Positions 8,731-17,152 of a stretch of 29,544 nucleotides of DNA are shown here, in pieces. Source of the DNA: an uncultured Candidatus Saccharibacteria bacterium. GTDB lineage: Bacteria; Patescibacteriota; Minisyncoccia; Phycocordibacterales; Zambryskibacteraceae. The translations under genes were made by a program, and so were the position numbers. How positions within the stretch are numbered: the stretch's first letter is position 1; each line of letters opens with the position of its first letter. The notes below the pieces were generated by a model. The model was not told the DNA's origin. It did no database searches and saw nothing but the letters and a program-made list of their open reading frames with translations. The DNA is taken from the NCBI GenBank assembly GCA_964398725.1, contig CAYNNE010000001.1, forward strand, positions 1-29,544. Reading direction: 5' to 3'.

Positions 8731-9507
8731 ATGGATAAAAGAAAACTAAGAAATATTTCTGTGTTGGCACTGGGGTTAGCTTTATCCCTAATGTTCTCTA
8801 CTACAGTATTTGCAGAAGATGACGCTGAAACTAATACTGCAAAATCGGCAGTCGAAAACACAAAGCAACTTATCAAAGAGCGAGCTGAAGCAGTAAAGCA
8901 AAATCTCGAACTTGAAAGAGAGGCTGCAAAAAATAAAGTGGAAGCCTTGAGAGAACAACAAAAGACAGAAATGGAAACAGTGAGGGAACAGAAAAAAAAT
9001 GAACTAGAGGCCTTGAAGGAAGAAAGAAAGGCTGAGTTTAAAAAGATAACAGAAGAGAAAAAAGACGCAAAAAGAAAGACTACTGAAGATCGCTTAGAAA
9101 AAGTCATTAAAAAAGCCGTAGAGCGTTTAAATGAAAACATTGCGAAGCTTGAGGGTGTTTCTAAAAGAATAGAAACGAGACTAGCCACACTTAAAACAGC
9201 AGGAAAAAACACTGTTGAAGCAGAAAAGCTCATTGCTGATGCTAAGGCTAAGATTCAATTGGCAAAAGATGGTATTGCAAAATTACCAGCAATTCAAACA
9301 GATGGCATGACAGCAGAAAAGCTTTCAGAAGGACTAGTGCAGGTAAAAATAGCTCTAAAAGAAATAGAATTAAACTTAAAATCTGTTAGAGATAACTTGT
9401 CAAAAGCAATTGGAAGTATTAAAGGACTTGGTCCTATCGTTACTCCAGCAACAGACAAAACGGAAACAGAAGTTGGTACAACAACAGCAACTACAACTAC
9501 TCCGTAA
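8731..9507 (+). CDS. Secreted coiled-coil hypothetical protein
   Basis: Sec-type signal peptide (MDKRKLRN...TTVFA), long E/K/A-rich heptad region, Thr-rich tail. Confidence 0.8.
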   Translation: MDKRKLRNISVLALGLALSLMFSTTVFAEDDAETNTAKSAVENTKQLIKERAEAVKQNLELEREAAKNKVEALREQQKTEMETVREQKKNELEALKEERKAEFKKITEEKKDAKRKTTEDRLEKVIKKAVERLNENIAKLEGVSKRIETRLATLKTAGKNTVEAEKLIADAKAKIQLAKDGIAKLPAIQTDGMTAEKLSEGLVQVKIALKEIELNLKSVRDNLSKAIGSIKGLGPIVTPATDKTETEVGTTTATTTTP

Positions 9508-9528
9508 TTAATAGAAATTAAATTAGAA

Positions 9529-9801
9529 ATGTATACACCTAATTACAACAACGCCATGATGCAAAACGAACCAACAGAAGGAGGCTCAGTAGGATCACTT
9601 ATTGGAATTATTCTAATAGTGGCAATTATCGTTCTTGGAGGTATTTACTTTTGGGGCAAAAGAACAGCCAATCAAACTCCAGCAGAAACCAATGCTGCAG
9701 CAGTACAAGAAGTGAATTCTATTGAAGCAGACTTAAACTCTACTAATACTTCAGTAGACGCAGACCTAAATTCCATAGACGCAGAACTTCAAACACAATA
9801 A
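9529..9801 (+). CDS. Small single-pass membrane hypothetical protein
   Basis: TM segment SLIGIILIVAIIVLGGIYFW, then an acidic helical tail; followed by a terminator. Confidence 0.75.
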   Translation: MYTPNYNNAMMQNEPTEGGSVGSLIGIILIVAIIVLGGIYFWGKRTANQTPAETNAAAVQEVNSIEADLNSTNTSVDADLNSIDAELQTQ

Positions 9802-9817
9802 TTGTTTGGAGGGGGCT

Positions 9818-9853
9818 CAACAAAAAATCCACCAGTAGGTGGATTTTTTGTTG
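9818..9853. terminator. Intrinsic terminator
   Basis: caacaaaaaatccacc-agta-ggtggattttttgttg. Confidence 0.85.
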
Positions 9854-9875
9854 TAAATAAAGTATCCTCTCGCTT

Positions 9876-10901
9876 ATGTCTAAAAGTTATAAAAAAGCTA
9901 CATCAAAACAGGAAGGAATGCGCATTACCATAAGCGCTGTTATTGATTGGAAAATTCTTGAGGAAAAGTCAAAAATAGCCCTTGATGAAATGCTTTCAAA
10001 AGCAGAGCTCCCGGGGTTTAGAAAGGGAAAGGTTCCAAAAGATATGTTTGTGGAAAAAGTTGGAGAACTCACAATCCTTGAAGAAGGTGCGGAGAGAACC
10101 ATCGCAGATGCATATCCAGAAATTGTTGCGGAAGAAAAAATTATGCCTATTTCTAGGCCCAAAATTCGTATAACAAAAATTGCCTCAAAAAATGACTTGG
10201 AGTTTGAGATAGAGGTTGAAACCATGCCCGAAATCATTCTTCCCGACTATAAAAAAATCGCAGGGGAAATAAAAGAAGAAAAAGCAGACGATACCGTAAA
10301 AGATGAAGAAGTTGACACTGTTTTACACAATCTTCAGCATCAAGTGATGCATTCGGAAGGAAAACCAGATTCACACGATGCACACCCAGAAATAAATGAT
10401 GACTTTGCAAAAAAAGTTGGTAATTTTGATAGTTTAGAAAAACTAAAAGAAAATATCCGCCAGAATGTAAAAATGGAAAAGCAGTTACGAGTAAAGGATA
10501 AGCGTCGCTCTGAAATTGCAGAAAGACTTATTTCAGAAACAAAAGGCGAAATTCCTGAAGTGTTAGCTAGTGATGAATCTCGTGCTCTACTTGAAAGACT
10601 AAAGTTTGATTTAGGAAATGCAGGAATAAAATGGGATGAGTATTTAAGAAATATTAAAAAAACTGAAGAAGAGATATTGAAAGACGTGCGCCCTGACGCA
10701 GAAAAAAGGGTGAAGCTGGAAATGATTGTGGCGAAAATAGCTCGCGCAGAAAAATTTGAACCAAATCCTGAAGAAATAAAATCTGAAGTAGAAAAAATAA
10801 TGAAAGTTCACACAAATGCAGACCCAATCCGCGCAGAAGAATATGTGCGCTCTATTTTTACTAATCGCAAAGTCTTTGAATTTCTAGAAAATCAAAAATA
10901 A
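9876..10901 (+). CDS. tig: Trigger factor (N and C domains; PPIase domain apparently absent)
   Basis: Ribosome-binding GFRKGKVP; INDDFAKKVG and AEKRVKLEMIV C-domain motifs; only 341 aa. Confidence 0.9.
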   Translation: MSKSYKKATSKQEGMRITISAVIDWKILEEKSKIALDEMLSKAELPGFRKGKVPKDMFVEKVGELTILEEGAERTIADAYPEIVAEEKIMPISRPKIRITKIASKNDLEFEIEVETMPEIILPDYKKIAGEIKEEKADDTVKDEEVDTVLHNLQHQVMHSEGKPDSHDAHPEINDDFAKKVGNFDSLEKLKENIRQNVKMEKQLRVKDKRRSEIAERLISETKGEIPEVLASDESRALLERLKFDLGNAGIKWDEYLRNIKKTEEEILKDVRPDAEKRVKLEMIVAKIARAEKFEPNPEEIKSEVEKIMKVHTNADPIRAEEYVRSIFTNRKVFEFLENQK

Positions 10902-10907
10902 AAACAC

Positions 10908-10937
10908 AAACCGCGCGACAGAAATGTCGCGCGGTTT
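10908..10937. terminator. Bidirectional terminator between convergent tig and ACP genes
   Basis: aaaccgcgcgaca-gaaa-tgtcgcgcggttt, 13-bp stem with GAAA tetraloop. Confidence 0.85.
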
Positions 10938-10959
10938 CTTGATAGCCAATCTCGGCCTC

Positions 10960-11232
10960 CTAGTGTGAAAGTCTGCCCTCCACATACCGAACCATATCTT
11001 GGACCGTTCTAATCCCATCGATATCGTCATCAGAGATATAGATGTTGAACACCCTCTCAAGCTCAACCACAAGCTCAATCAAATCCAGACTATCGGAGTT
11101 GATTTCATGTCCGAATCGAGCATCGGGTGTTAATACCCTCTCCGCAACCGCAAGCTCATTCACAATGACTGAGCGAACCCAAGTTCCAACATCCTCTCCT
11201 GCCCGATACTTCGCTGTGGCGACCATTCGCAT
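10960..11232 (-). CDS. Acyl carrier protein / phosphopantetheine-binding domain protein
   Basis: SDSLDLIELVVELERVFNIYISDDDIDGIRTVQD resembles the ACP DSL attachment site and the E..F.I.I.D...I.TV.D pattern. Confidence 0.85.
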   Translation of the reverse strand: MRMVATAKYRAGEDVGTWVRSVIVNELAVAERVLTPDARFGHEINSDSLDLIELVVELERVFNIYISDDDIDGIRTVQDMVRYVEGRLSH

Positions 11233-11299
11233 TTAAACCCCATGGAAGGTGGAAATGTACATCTTGGAGTATTAAACGCGCCAAATAAAATTTAGCAAG

Positions 11300-11998
11300 C
11301 TATATCAAAAAAATTGTTGAAGCAACAATCGCTGCAGTTTCTGCACGCAAAACTCCAGAACCCAGCGCTGAAATATGTGCTCCTTGTTTATTTGCAACAA
11401 AAACTTCTTGGTCTGTGAAACCGCCCTCTGGCCCCACCACTAAACACGCGCCCGTCTCCCCTTCCCTTATTTCACTTGAAACCTCCTCGCCTTTTGGGTT
11501 AAAAAGAAAAATATCCATTCCTTTACACTCAGAAAATATTTCTTCGAATGAAATGGGTTCTCGCACAACTGGAACTGACGCTCTTTGAGATTGTTCCACC
11601 GCTTCTTTTACAATCGCCAACGCCCTTTCTCTTTTAAATCCTTTTTTCTCTGACCTATCTGAAATAAAAGGGAGGAAACGCGTAACACCCAGCTCTGTTC
11701 CTTTTTGTAAAATCCATTCCATTTTGTCTTTTTTTATCAAAGAAAATGCAAGAGTAATTTCACGGCGAGGAAGGGTGGAACTTTTTACAGATTTTAAAAT
11801 ATCACAAGTAATACCCCTGAAGTTTATATCGGTTATAAAGGCCGTATATTCCCTTCCTGTGCCATCTAAAAGAACAATCTGGCCGCCCACCGTCATACGC
11901 AAAACATTTCTCACTTGGTGAATTAAATCTGCGTCTTTTATAAGGATGTGTTTTGCTCCCGCAAGGGAATCCTTTACGAAAAATCGGTGATAGCGCAT
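11300..11998 (-). CDS. rsmE: 16S rRNA m3U1498 methyltransferase RsmE
   Basis: HQVRNVLR, LQKGTELGV, EAVEQSQR, VGPEGGFT, LRAETA. Confidence 0.95.
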   Translation of the reverse strand: MRYHRFFVKDSLAGAKHILIKDADLIHQVRNVLRMTVGGQIVLLDGTGREYTAFITDINFRGITCDILKSVKSSTLPRREITLAFSLIKKDKMEWILQKGTELGVTRFLPFISDRSEKKGFKRERALAIVKEAVEQSQRASVPVVREPISFEEIFSECKGMDIFLFNPKGEEVSSEIREGETGACLVVGPEGGFTDQEVFVANKQGAHISALGSGVLRAETAAIVASTIFLI

Positions 11999-12003
11999 GT
12001 AGC

Positions 12004-12038
12004 AAGCTTAAAGCTTTAAGCTGTAAGCTTCAAGCTTG
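12004..12038. repeat. Five tandem AAGCTNN heptamers
   Basis: aagctta aagcttt aagctgt aagcttc aagcttg between the divergent rsmE and clpP starts. Confidence 0.85.
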
Positions 12039-12070
12039 AAGATAGTAAAAAATTTATATAGGATACTGCC

Positions 12071-12655
12071 ATGCTTATACCAACAGTTATTGAAAAAGTC
12101 CCTCAGGGCGAGCGTGCCTACGATATTTATTCACGACTTTTAAAAGAAAGGATTATTTTTCTCGGTGGCCCAATAGACGACCATGTTGCCAACCTTATAA
12201 TTGCTCAATTATTGTTTTTGGAATCAGAAGATCCTAAAAAAGATATTTCTCTATACATAAATTCCCCTGGGGGCTCTGTAACAGCCGGTCTTGCTATTTT
12301 AGACACCATGAACCACATAAAGCCAAATGTATCTACGGTGGCAGTTGGTATTGCCGCATCAATGGGAGCAATAATTTTGTCTGCCGGAGCAAAAGGAAAA
12401 AGATTTGCTTTAACAAATGCGGAAATAATGATTCATCAACCTCTTGGTGGAGCAGAAGGCCAGGCATCGGACATTGAAATAAGTGCAAAACGCATTGTGA
12501 AAAACCGGGAAACAATGAATAAAATTCTTTCAAAAAATACCGGTCAACCTTTATCAAAAATAGAAAAAGACGTTGACCGTGATTTCTTTATGGATGCAGA
12601 AGAAGGGGTTAAATACGGAATAATAGACAAGGTTTTTTCGGGTAAAAACAAATAA
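12071..12655 (+). CDS. clpP: ATP-dependent Clp protease proteolytic subunit
   Basis: [25 protein letters not shown] (Ser), MIHQP (His), DRD (Asp). Confidence 0.98.
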   Translation: MLIPTVIEKVPQGERAYDIYSRLLKERIIFLGGPIDDHVANLIIAQLLFLESEDPKKDISLYINSPGGSVTAGLAILDTMNHIKPNVSTVAVGIAASMGAIILSAGAKGKRFALTNAEIMIHQPLGGAEGQASDIEISAKRIVKNRETMNKILSKNTGQPLSKIEKDVDRDFFMDAEEGVKYGIIDKVFSGKNK

Positions 12656-12737
12656 AGTTCGCTCAGGGTACCACCTGAAATAGCGAGCGACGAAAGGCCA
12701 CCAATACTATTTCAGGTGGCACCCTTCGCTTTAAGTT
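12656..12737 (+). repeat. Family A palindromic element, copy 1 (after clpP stop)
   Basis: Arms 12665-12683 and 12707-12725 (19 bp, 1 mismatch); 23-nt loop cgagcgacgaaaggccaccaata. Confidence 0.9.
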
Positions 12738-12797
12738 TTAAATGAAAAGTAATATTTTTAATAAGACTAGATATTTGTAATAAAGTCAATAGTTAAT

Positions 12798-12826
12798 TTG
12801 ACATTAAATTAGCGTCGGAGTAATGT
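12798..12826 (+). promoter_or_regulatory. Probable sigma70 promoter for rny
   Basis: TTGACA (12798-12803), 17-nt spacer, TAATGT. Confidence 0.55.
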
Positions 12827-12905
12827 ACTAATGTGCCCTTAAAAAGCTGAAAATCAGAACGAAAGTAACGGTAGTTAAGCTAGAAAATCCCCTAAAAATT
12901 AAATT

Positions 12906-14435
12906 ATGTCATTACGATTGGTACTTCTCGCTGTAGCACTTTCTGCTGCGGCTGGTATTGCGTTTGGTTATTTTTTGAGATGGATTATCTCTCTTGGTCG
13001 CCGTGGCTCAATGGAGCTTGATATCAAGCAAAAAATGCTTGAGGCCCAAGAAGAGGCATCCCGTGTAAGAGCAGAGGCAGAACAAACAGCCGAAGAGATT
13101 TTAGAAACTGCGAGAAAAGAAATAAAAGAAAAAGAAGAAAAAACGCTCAAGCTTGAAGAGCGTCTTTTGAAGCGTGAAGAATTTTTAGACAACAGACAAG
13201 TTGATTTGGATTCTGAAAACGAAAACATAAAGGAGAAAACTTTGGAGATTGCGGTTTTGAAAGAAAAAGCCGACATTCTATTGTCCGAAAGACAAGAAAA
13301 ATTACAAAAAATATCTGGTTTGAGTAGCGAAGAGGCAAAATCAGAGGTTTTGAAAATTGCAGAAAAAAACGCAGAAAGCGACATAGAGTCCAGATTAAGA
13401 AAGCTCGAGATGGAGGGCAGTGAAAGACTTGAAAATAGAGCTAGAGAAATCCTCGCAACATCCATTCAGCGCCTAGCCACAGATGTGCCAGCGGAATTAA
13501 TGACCACGTCCGTACCTATCCCATCCGAAGAAATAAAGGGAAAAATAATTGGAAAGGAAGGAAGAAATATAAAAACTTTTGAAAGAGCAACAGGGGTGGA
13601 GGTGATTGTGGATGATACGCCCGGCACCATTACCCTATCCTCTTTTGATCCCGTAAGAAGACAAATTGCTCGCGCCGCGTTGGAAGAATTAATTAAAGAC
13701 GGCAGAATTCAACCTGCGCGCATTGAAGATGTTGTTGAAAAAGCAAAATTAGAAATTCAACAAATAATTAAACAAAAAGGAGAAGAGGCCGCTTATGAGT
13801 GTGGCGTATTTAATCTTGACCAAAGAGTAATTGCTATTCTTGGACGCCTACATTTTCGTACCAGCTACGGACAAAATGTTTTACAACACTCAATTGAAAT
13901 GGCACACATTGCAAGAATGCTTGCAGAAGAACTTGGAGCAGATGAAACTGTCGCAAAAACTGGTGCGCTTCTTCACGACATTGGAAAAGCACTAGACCAC
14001 GAGGTGCAAGGTACTCATGTGGAAATAGGAAGAAGAATCTTACAAAAATTTGGAATTAGCGAAGAAATTGTGAAAGCGATGCAGGCGCACCACGGCGAAT
14101 ATCCTTACGAAACAGTTGAGTCAGTGATAGTTCAAGTGGCAGACCAAATATCAGGAGGAAGGCCGGGAGCTAGAAGAGATACTGCAGAAAACTATGTTAA
14201 GAGGTTGAGAGAATTAGAGGCAATAGCACAGGAGTTTACGGGAGTTGAAAAAGCCTATGCACTACAAGCTGGGCGCGAAATAAGGGTTTTTGTCTCTCCA
14301 GAGGAAATAGGAGATATGGAGGCAAAGGATTTGGCTAGAAATATAGCCCTAAAAATAGAACACGACCTTAAATACCCAGGTGAAATCAAGGTAACGGTAA
14401 TCAGAGAAACAAGAATTACCGAGTTCGCAAGGTAA
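12906..14435 (+). CDS. rny: Ribonuclease Y
   Basis: N-terminal TM helix, coiled coil, KH domain (KGKIIGKEGRNI), RTSYGQN, HDIGK HD motif, SGGRPGAR, YALQAGREIRV. Confidence 0.98.
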   Translation: MSLRLVLLAVALSAAAGIAFGYFLRWIISLGRRGSMELDIKQKMLEAQEEASRVRAEAEQTAEEILETARKEIKEKEEKTLKLEERLLKREEFLDNRQVDLDSENENIKEKTLEIAVLKEKADILLSERQEKLQKISGLSSEEAKSEVLKIAEKNAESDIESRLRKLEMEGSERLENRAREILATSIQRLATDVPAELMTTSVPIPSEEIKGKIIGKEGRNIKTFERATGVEVIVDDTPGTITLSSFDPVRRQIARAALEELIKDGRIQPARIEDVVEKAKLEIQQIIKQKGEEAAYECGVFNLDQRVIAILGRLHFRTSYGQNVLQHSIEMAHIARMLAEELGADETVAKTGALLHDIGKALDHEVQGTHVEIGRRILQKFGISEEIVKAMQAHHGEYPYETVESVIVQVADQISGGRPGARRDTAENYVKRLRELEAIAQEFTGVEKAYALQAGREIRVFVSPEEIGDMEAKDLARNIALKIEHDLKYPGEIKVTVIRETRITEFAR

Positions 14436-14462
14436 TTATTGAAAAAATCAAAAAGAAATTTT

Positions 14463-14498
14463 CTAGCAACTTTTTCTCTGGCAACTGACAACTTTTAA
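14463..14498. repeat. Degenerate CTRRCAA heptamer run after rny
   Basis: ctagcaa ctttttct ctggcaa ctgacaa cttttaa. Confidence 0.5.
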
Positions 14499-14536
14499 GC
14501 TATTTTGTCAATGCTTTTATCAAAAATGTGGCTTGC

Positions 14537-14564
14537 TTGCGGTCTTTTTTGATAGGTCTATAAT
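14537..14564 (+). promoter_or_regulatory. Probable promoter for HU
   Basis: TTGCGG, 16-nt spacer, TATAAT (14559-14564). Confidence 0.55.
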
Positions 14565-14634
14565 TAAGGTACCTTTAGTTCGTGTAAAACGAGCTGGGAA
14601 AGCGGGTCGTTTATAAGAAAAGTTAAATTACAAA

Positions 14635-14910
14635 ATGATGAATAAAGCATCAATCGTTGAACAAGTTCACGCAAAGATTGGAGGAACAAAAGTTTCTTCC
14701 GAGCAAGCAGTTGAAACTATGATCGACTGCATAGTAAATACTTTGAAAAAGAACGGTGAGGTTTCAATTGCAGGCCTTGGTATCTTCTCAACGAAGACTC
14801 GAGCTGCAAGACAAGCAAGAAATCCACGCACAGGAGCTGCTATTTCTGTTCCAGCAATGCGCGTACCAAAATTCCGTGCAGCTAAAGCATTGAAGGACGC
14901 AGTTAAATAA
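14635..14910 (+). CDS. hup: Histone-like DNA-binding protein HU
   Basis: MNKAS, GLGIF, RAARQARNPRTG, VPKFRAAKALKDAVK. Confidence 0.96.
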   Translation: MMNKASIVEQVHAKIGGTKVSSEQAVETMIDCIVNTLKKNGEVSIAGLGIFSTKTRAARQARNPRTGAAISVPAMRVPKFRAAKALKDAVK

Positions 14911-14977
14911 ATAAATCTCAGAAAGCGAATCCTAAAAAATTTTGCTGAGTAAAATTTAAAGGACAAGGACCCGCTTC

Positions 14978-15011
14978 AACATAAAACTCCCCTTTCGGGG
15001 AGTTTTATGTT
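14978..15011. terminator. Bidirectional terminator
   Basis: aacataaaactcccc-tttc-ggggagttttatgtt between convergent hup and the 15013 ORF. Confidence 0.85.
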
Positions 15012-15012
15012 T

Positions 15013-15795
15013 TTATTTTGGATATTTTCTTATGGAAAGAAAGTGATAATAAAATTCTTCAAACTTTTTTTGATCGGCTGGTGGAGGAGTATTGGTAAAT
15101 TCTTTAAATCTCAATGCCAAAGTTGAGCTTGTTAGTCCGTCGTACTCTTTTATTAAATCTTTGAGTTCGTTTGCAGACAGGCTCCTAAAAAACCCTGTAT
15201 TTACAACCATTTCCGCTTGTTTGTTGCCATCTGCATCAATCTTGTTCCTGTAGTTATTATCTAATATGCCTTTAATTAGCCATTCTAGCTCCTTTACCCT
15301 AGCTAATGCCTTTGGCGTCGATTGGAGTTTAATTGTCTCTATATTTTTTATATAGGAGTTTTTTTCGTTTGTAAGAGTCGCCACTTTTTCCTGTAAATCA
15401 GAAACTGTTTTTCTTAGAGATTCATTTTCTGTTTTTAGTTTATTAATTTGCGCTATTAACCCATCGTAATTTGAATCTTGTGTCAGATTTTTTGATGTGC
15501 TAATTAGTTTGCTTTTTATTTGTGAAAAAGTTGTAGTAGCTGTTGTGGTTGTAGAAAAAGCAGTAGTTGAAGTTGCAATTGGTGTACTTGTTGCTACAGC
15601 TTCAACGACAGCTTCCCTCCCGCCCGACTGAACGGCCTCAGTCGTTCGGGCGGGCTTTATCTCTTTTATTATTTTTTGTTTGTTTCTTAACTCTGGAACT
15701 ACTTTCAAATTAGTTATCCAGGAGAAAAAACTGGAGTCCGCCGAAACCAAACTCGGTATTAATATGAGGCTTAAAATTAAAATCTTAAATTTCAT
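15013..15795 (-). CDS. Secreted Thr-rich/coiled-coil hypothetical protein
   Basis: Start reassigned to ATG 15795 (MKFKILILSLILIPSLVSA, a signal peptide); the track's 19 extra codons lie in or just after tRNA-Gly. Confidence 0.75.
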   Translation of the reverse strand: MKFKILILSLILIPSLVSADSSFFSWITNLKVVPELRNKQKIIKEIKPARTTEAVQSGGREAVVEAVATSTPIATSTTAFSTTTTATTTFSQIKSKLISTSKNLTQDSNYDGLIAQINKLKTENESLRKTVSDLQEKVATLTNEKNSYIKNIETIKLQSTPKALARVKELEWLIKGILDNNYRNKIDADGNKQAEMVVNTGFFRSLSANELKDLIKEYDGLTSSTLALRFKEFTNTPPPADQKKFEEFYYHFLSIRKYPK

Positions 15796-15821
15796 AAAAA
15801 TTGTAATGATGTCAGATACGG

Positions 15822-15892
15822 TGCGGGATGGGAGAATCGAACTCCCACCCACAGTTTGGAAAACTGTTATTCTACCATTAAACTAATCCCGC
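15822..15892 (-). tRNA. tRNA-Gly(TCC)
   Basis: gcgggat ta gttt aatggta gaat a acagt tt-TCC-aa actgt gggt gggag ttcgatt ctccc atcccgc a; full cloverleaf, 71 nt, no encoded CCA. Confidence 0.95.
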
Positions 15893-15906
15893 CTAGATAA
15901 AGAATA

Positions 15907-16353
15907 CTATCTTTCTTGCTCCAACTCTTCAACTGTTTTTAAAATATACTCATACCTATATTTTTGATTTCTATTAAACACTTCGAACACCCTTAAATCA
16001 TAGCGAATCCCATTTATTGTGTTTAATTCAATTCTTAATACTGCTCTTGGTTTATGTCCCGAAAGTGGTTGCATAAATTCATCGGTATCTACTTCTTCTC
16101 CGTTAACTACTCTTCTTATGGCGTCAGTGGACATTACCTGTGTCATTCCCATAGCTATTTCCTCTAGCCCATCATTACTTACCATTCCGTATCTACCACT
16201 AAGTGTTTCAAAAATTTCTTCTTCGTTCTCAAATGCCGTGTCTTTCAAATATTTGGCCAATTCTTCTATATCTAAATCCGATGATTCATATCTGCCATTA
16301 TCGCCATGCCCCTCTGGTGGCATTATTGGATCTTTTGGTTCTTCGTGGCTCAT
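15907..16353 (-). CDS. Acidic hypothetical protein
   Basis: Open 148-codon frame from ATG 16353 with TACAAT 8 nt upstream; no recognised family. Confidence 0.6.
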   Translation of the reverse strand: MSHEEPKDPIMPPEGHGDNGRYESSDLDIEELAKYLKDTAFENEEEIFETLSGRYGMVSNDGLEEIAMGMTQVMSTDAIRRVVNGEEVDTDEFMQPLSGHKPRAVLRIELNTINGIRYDLRVFEVFNRNQKYRYEYILKTVEELEQER

Positions 16354-16371
16354 TGGGTTGAATTGTATCAA

Positions 16372-16656
16372 TTAAAACAACGCTTGTATTTCTTCTGTAG
16401 AATCGTCTTCTACAATTGGAGCAGTTCTGTTAAAACCACACGCAACGCACTGAAGTTTAATTTTTATTGGCACGCCCCCTTTTGTTTCTACTCCTATGGG
16501 CTTCATTAATCCTTTACATACCTCTTCCCTATCTCCTGGGCTTATATCCACGTGTTTAGACCACAAGCATTTAGGACAATGATTGGTATAGCCATTCCCC
16601 ATAACTTTTGCTCCGCAATTTTCACAAACAAAGTTTTCTTTTGTACGGATAAACAT
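16372..16656 (-). CDS. RNHCP-domain-like zinc-binding protein
   Basis: F.CENCG...NGYTNHCPKCLWSKHVDISPGDR...C.G.M.P...C..CG; start taken at MFIRTKE (16656). Confidence 0.85.
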   Translation of the reverse strand: MFIRTKENFVCENCGAKVMGNGYTNHCPKCLWSKHVDISPGDREEVCKGLMKPIGVETKGGVPIKIKLQCVACGFNRTAPIVEDDSTEEIQALF

Positions 16657-16740
16657 AATATTGTCTGGATTACCAGACAAACATGTCGTCGCTCAAAAAT
16701 ACTAAAGCAAGCTTTGTATTTTATTCGCTCCTAATGTTTG

Positions 16741-16811
16741 TCGGGCCGCTGGGAATCGAACCCAGCCCTAATGCTCCCAAAGCATTTATACTACCGATAT
16801 ACTACGGCCCG
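16741..16811 (-). tRNA. tRNA-Pro(TGG)
   Basis: cgggccg ta gtat atcggta gtat a aatgc tt-TGG-ga gcatt aggg ctggg ttcgatt cccag cggcccg a; C1-G72 as in bacterial tRNA-Pro. Confidence 0.95.
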
Positions 16812-16950
16812 AAGAGAGAAACTGAACGAGGGTCCGTCGGAATTTATGACGATGTGGGCCCGCGCGCTTACAGAATATAACACATAGTACTCGTATAAGA
16901 CCACAAATTTGCGTATGATGTGTTTAATCGCGGATAAGGCGATATTAGAT

Positions 16951-17022
16951 GCACCCGTAGCTCAACGGATAGAGTACCGGTCTTCGGAACCGTGGATGTG
17001 GGTTCGATTCCTGCCGGGTGCA
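16951..17022 (+). tRNA. tRNA-Arg(TCG)
   Basis: gcacccg ta gctc aacggata gagt a ccggt ct-TCG-ga accgt ggat gtggg ttcgatt cctgc cgggtgc a; A20 present. Confidence 0.93.
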
Positions 17023-17081
17023 CAATAAGAAGTGGGGGTTTTTATTTTTGAGACATTCATAATATAATCACAGCTTGAGTT

Positions 17082-17152
17082 GCGGCTATGGTTTAGTGGT
17101 AGAACACGTCCTTGCCAAGGATGAGATGGGAGTCCGATTCTCCCTAGCCGCA
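17082..17152 (+). tRNA. tRNA-Gly(GCC)
   Basis: gcggcta tg gttt agtggta gaac a cgtcc tt-GCC-aa ggatg agat gggag tccgatt ctccc tagccgc a. Confidence 0.93.
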
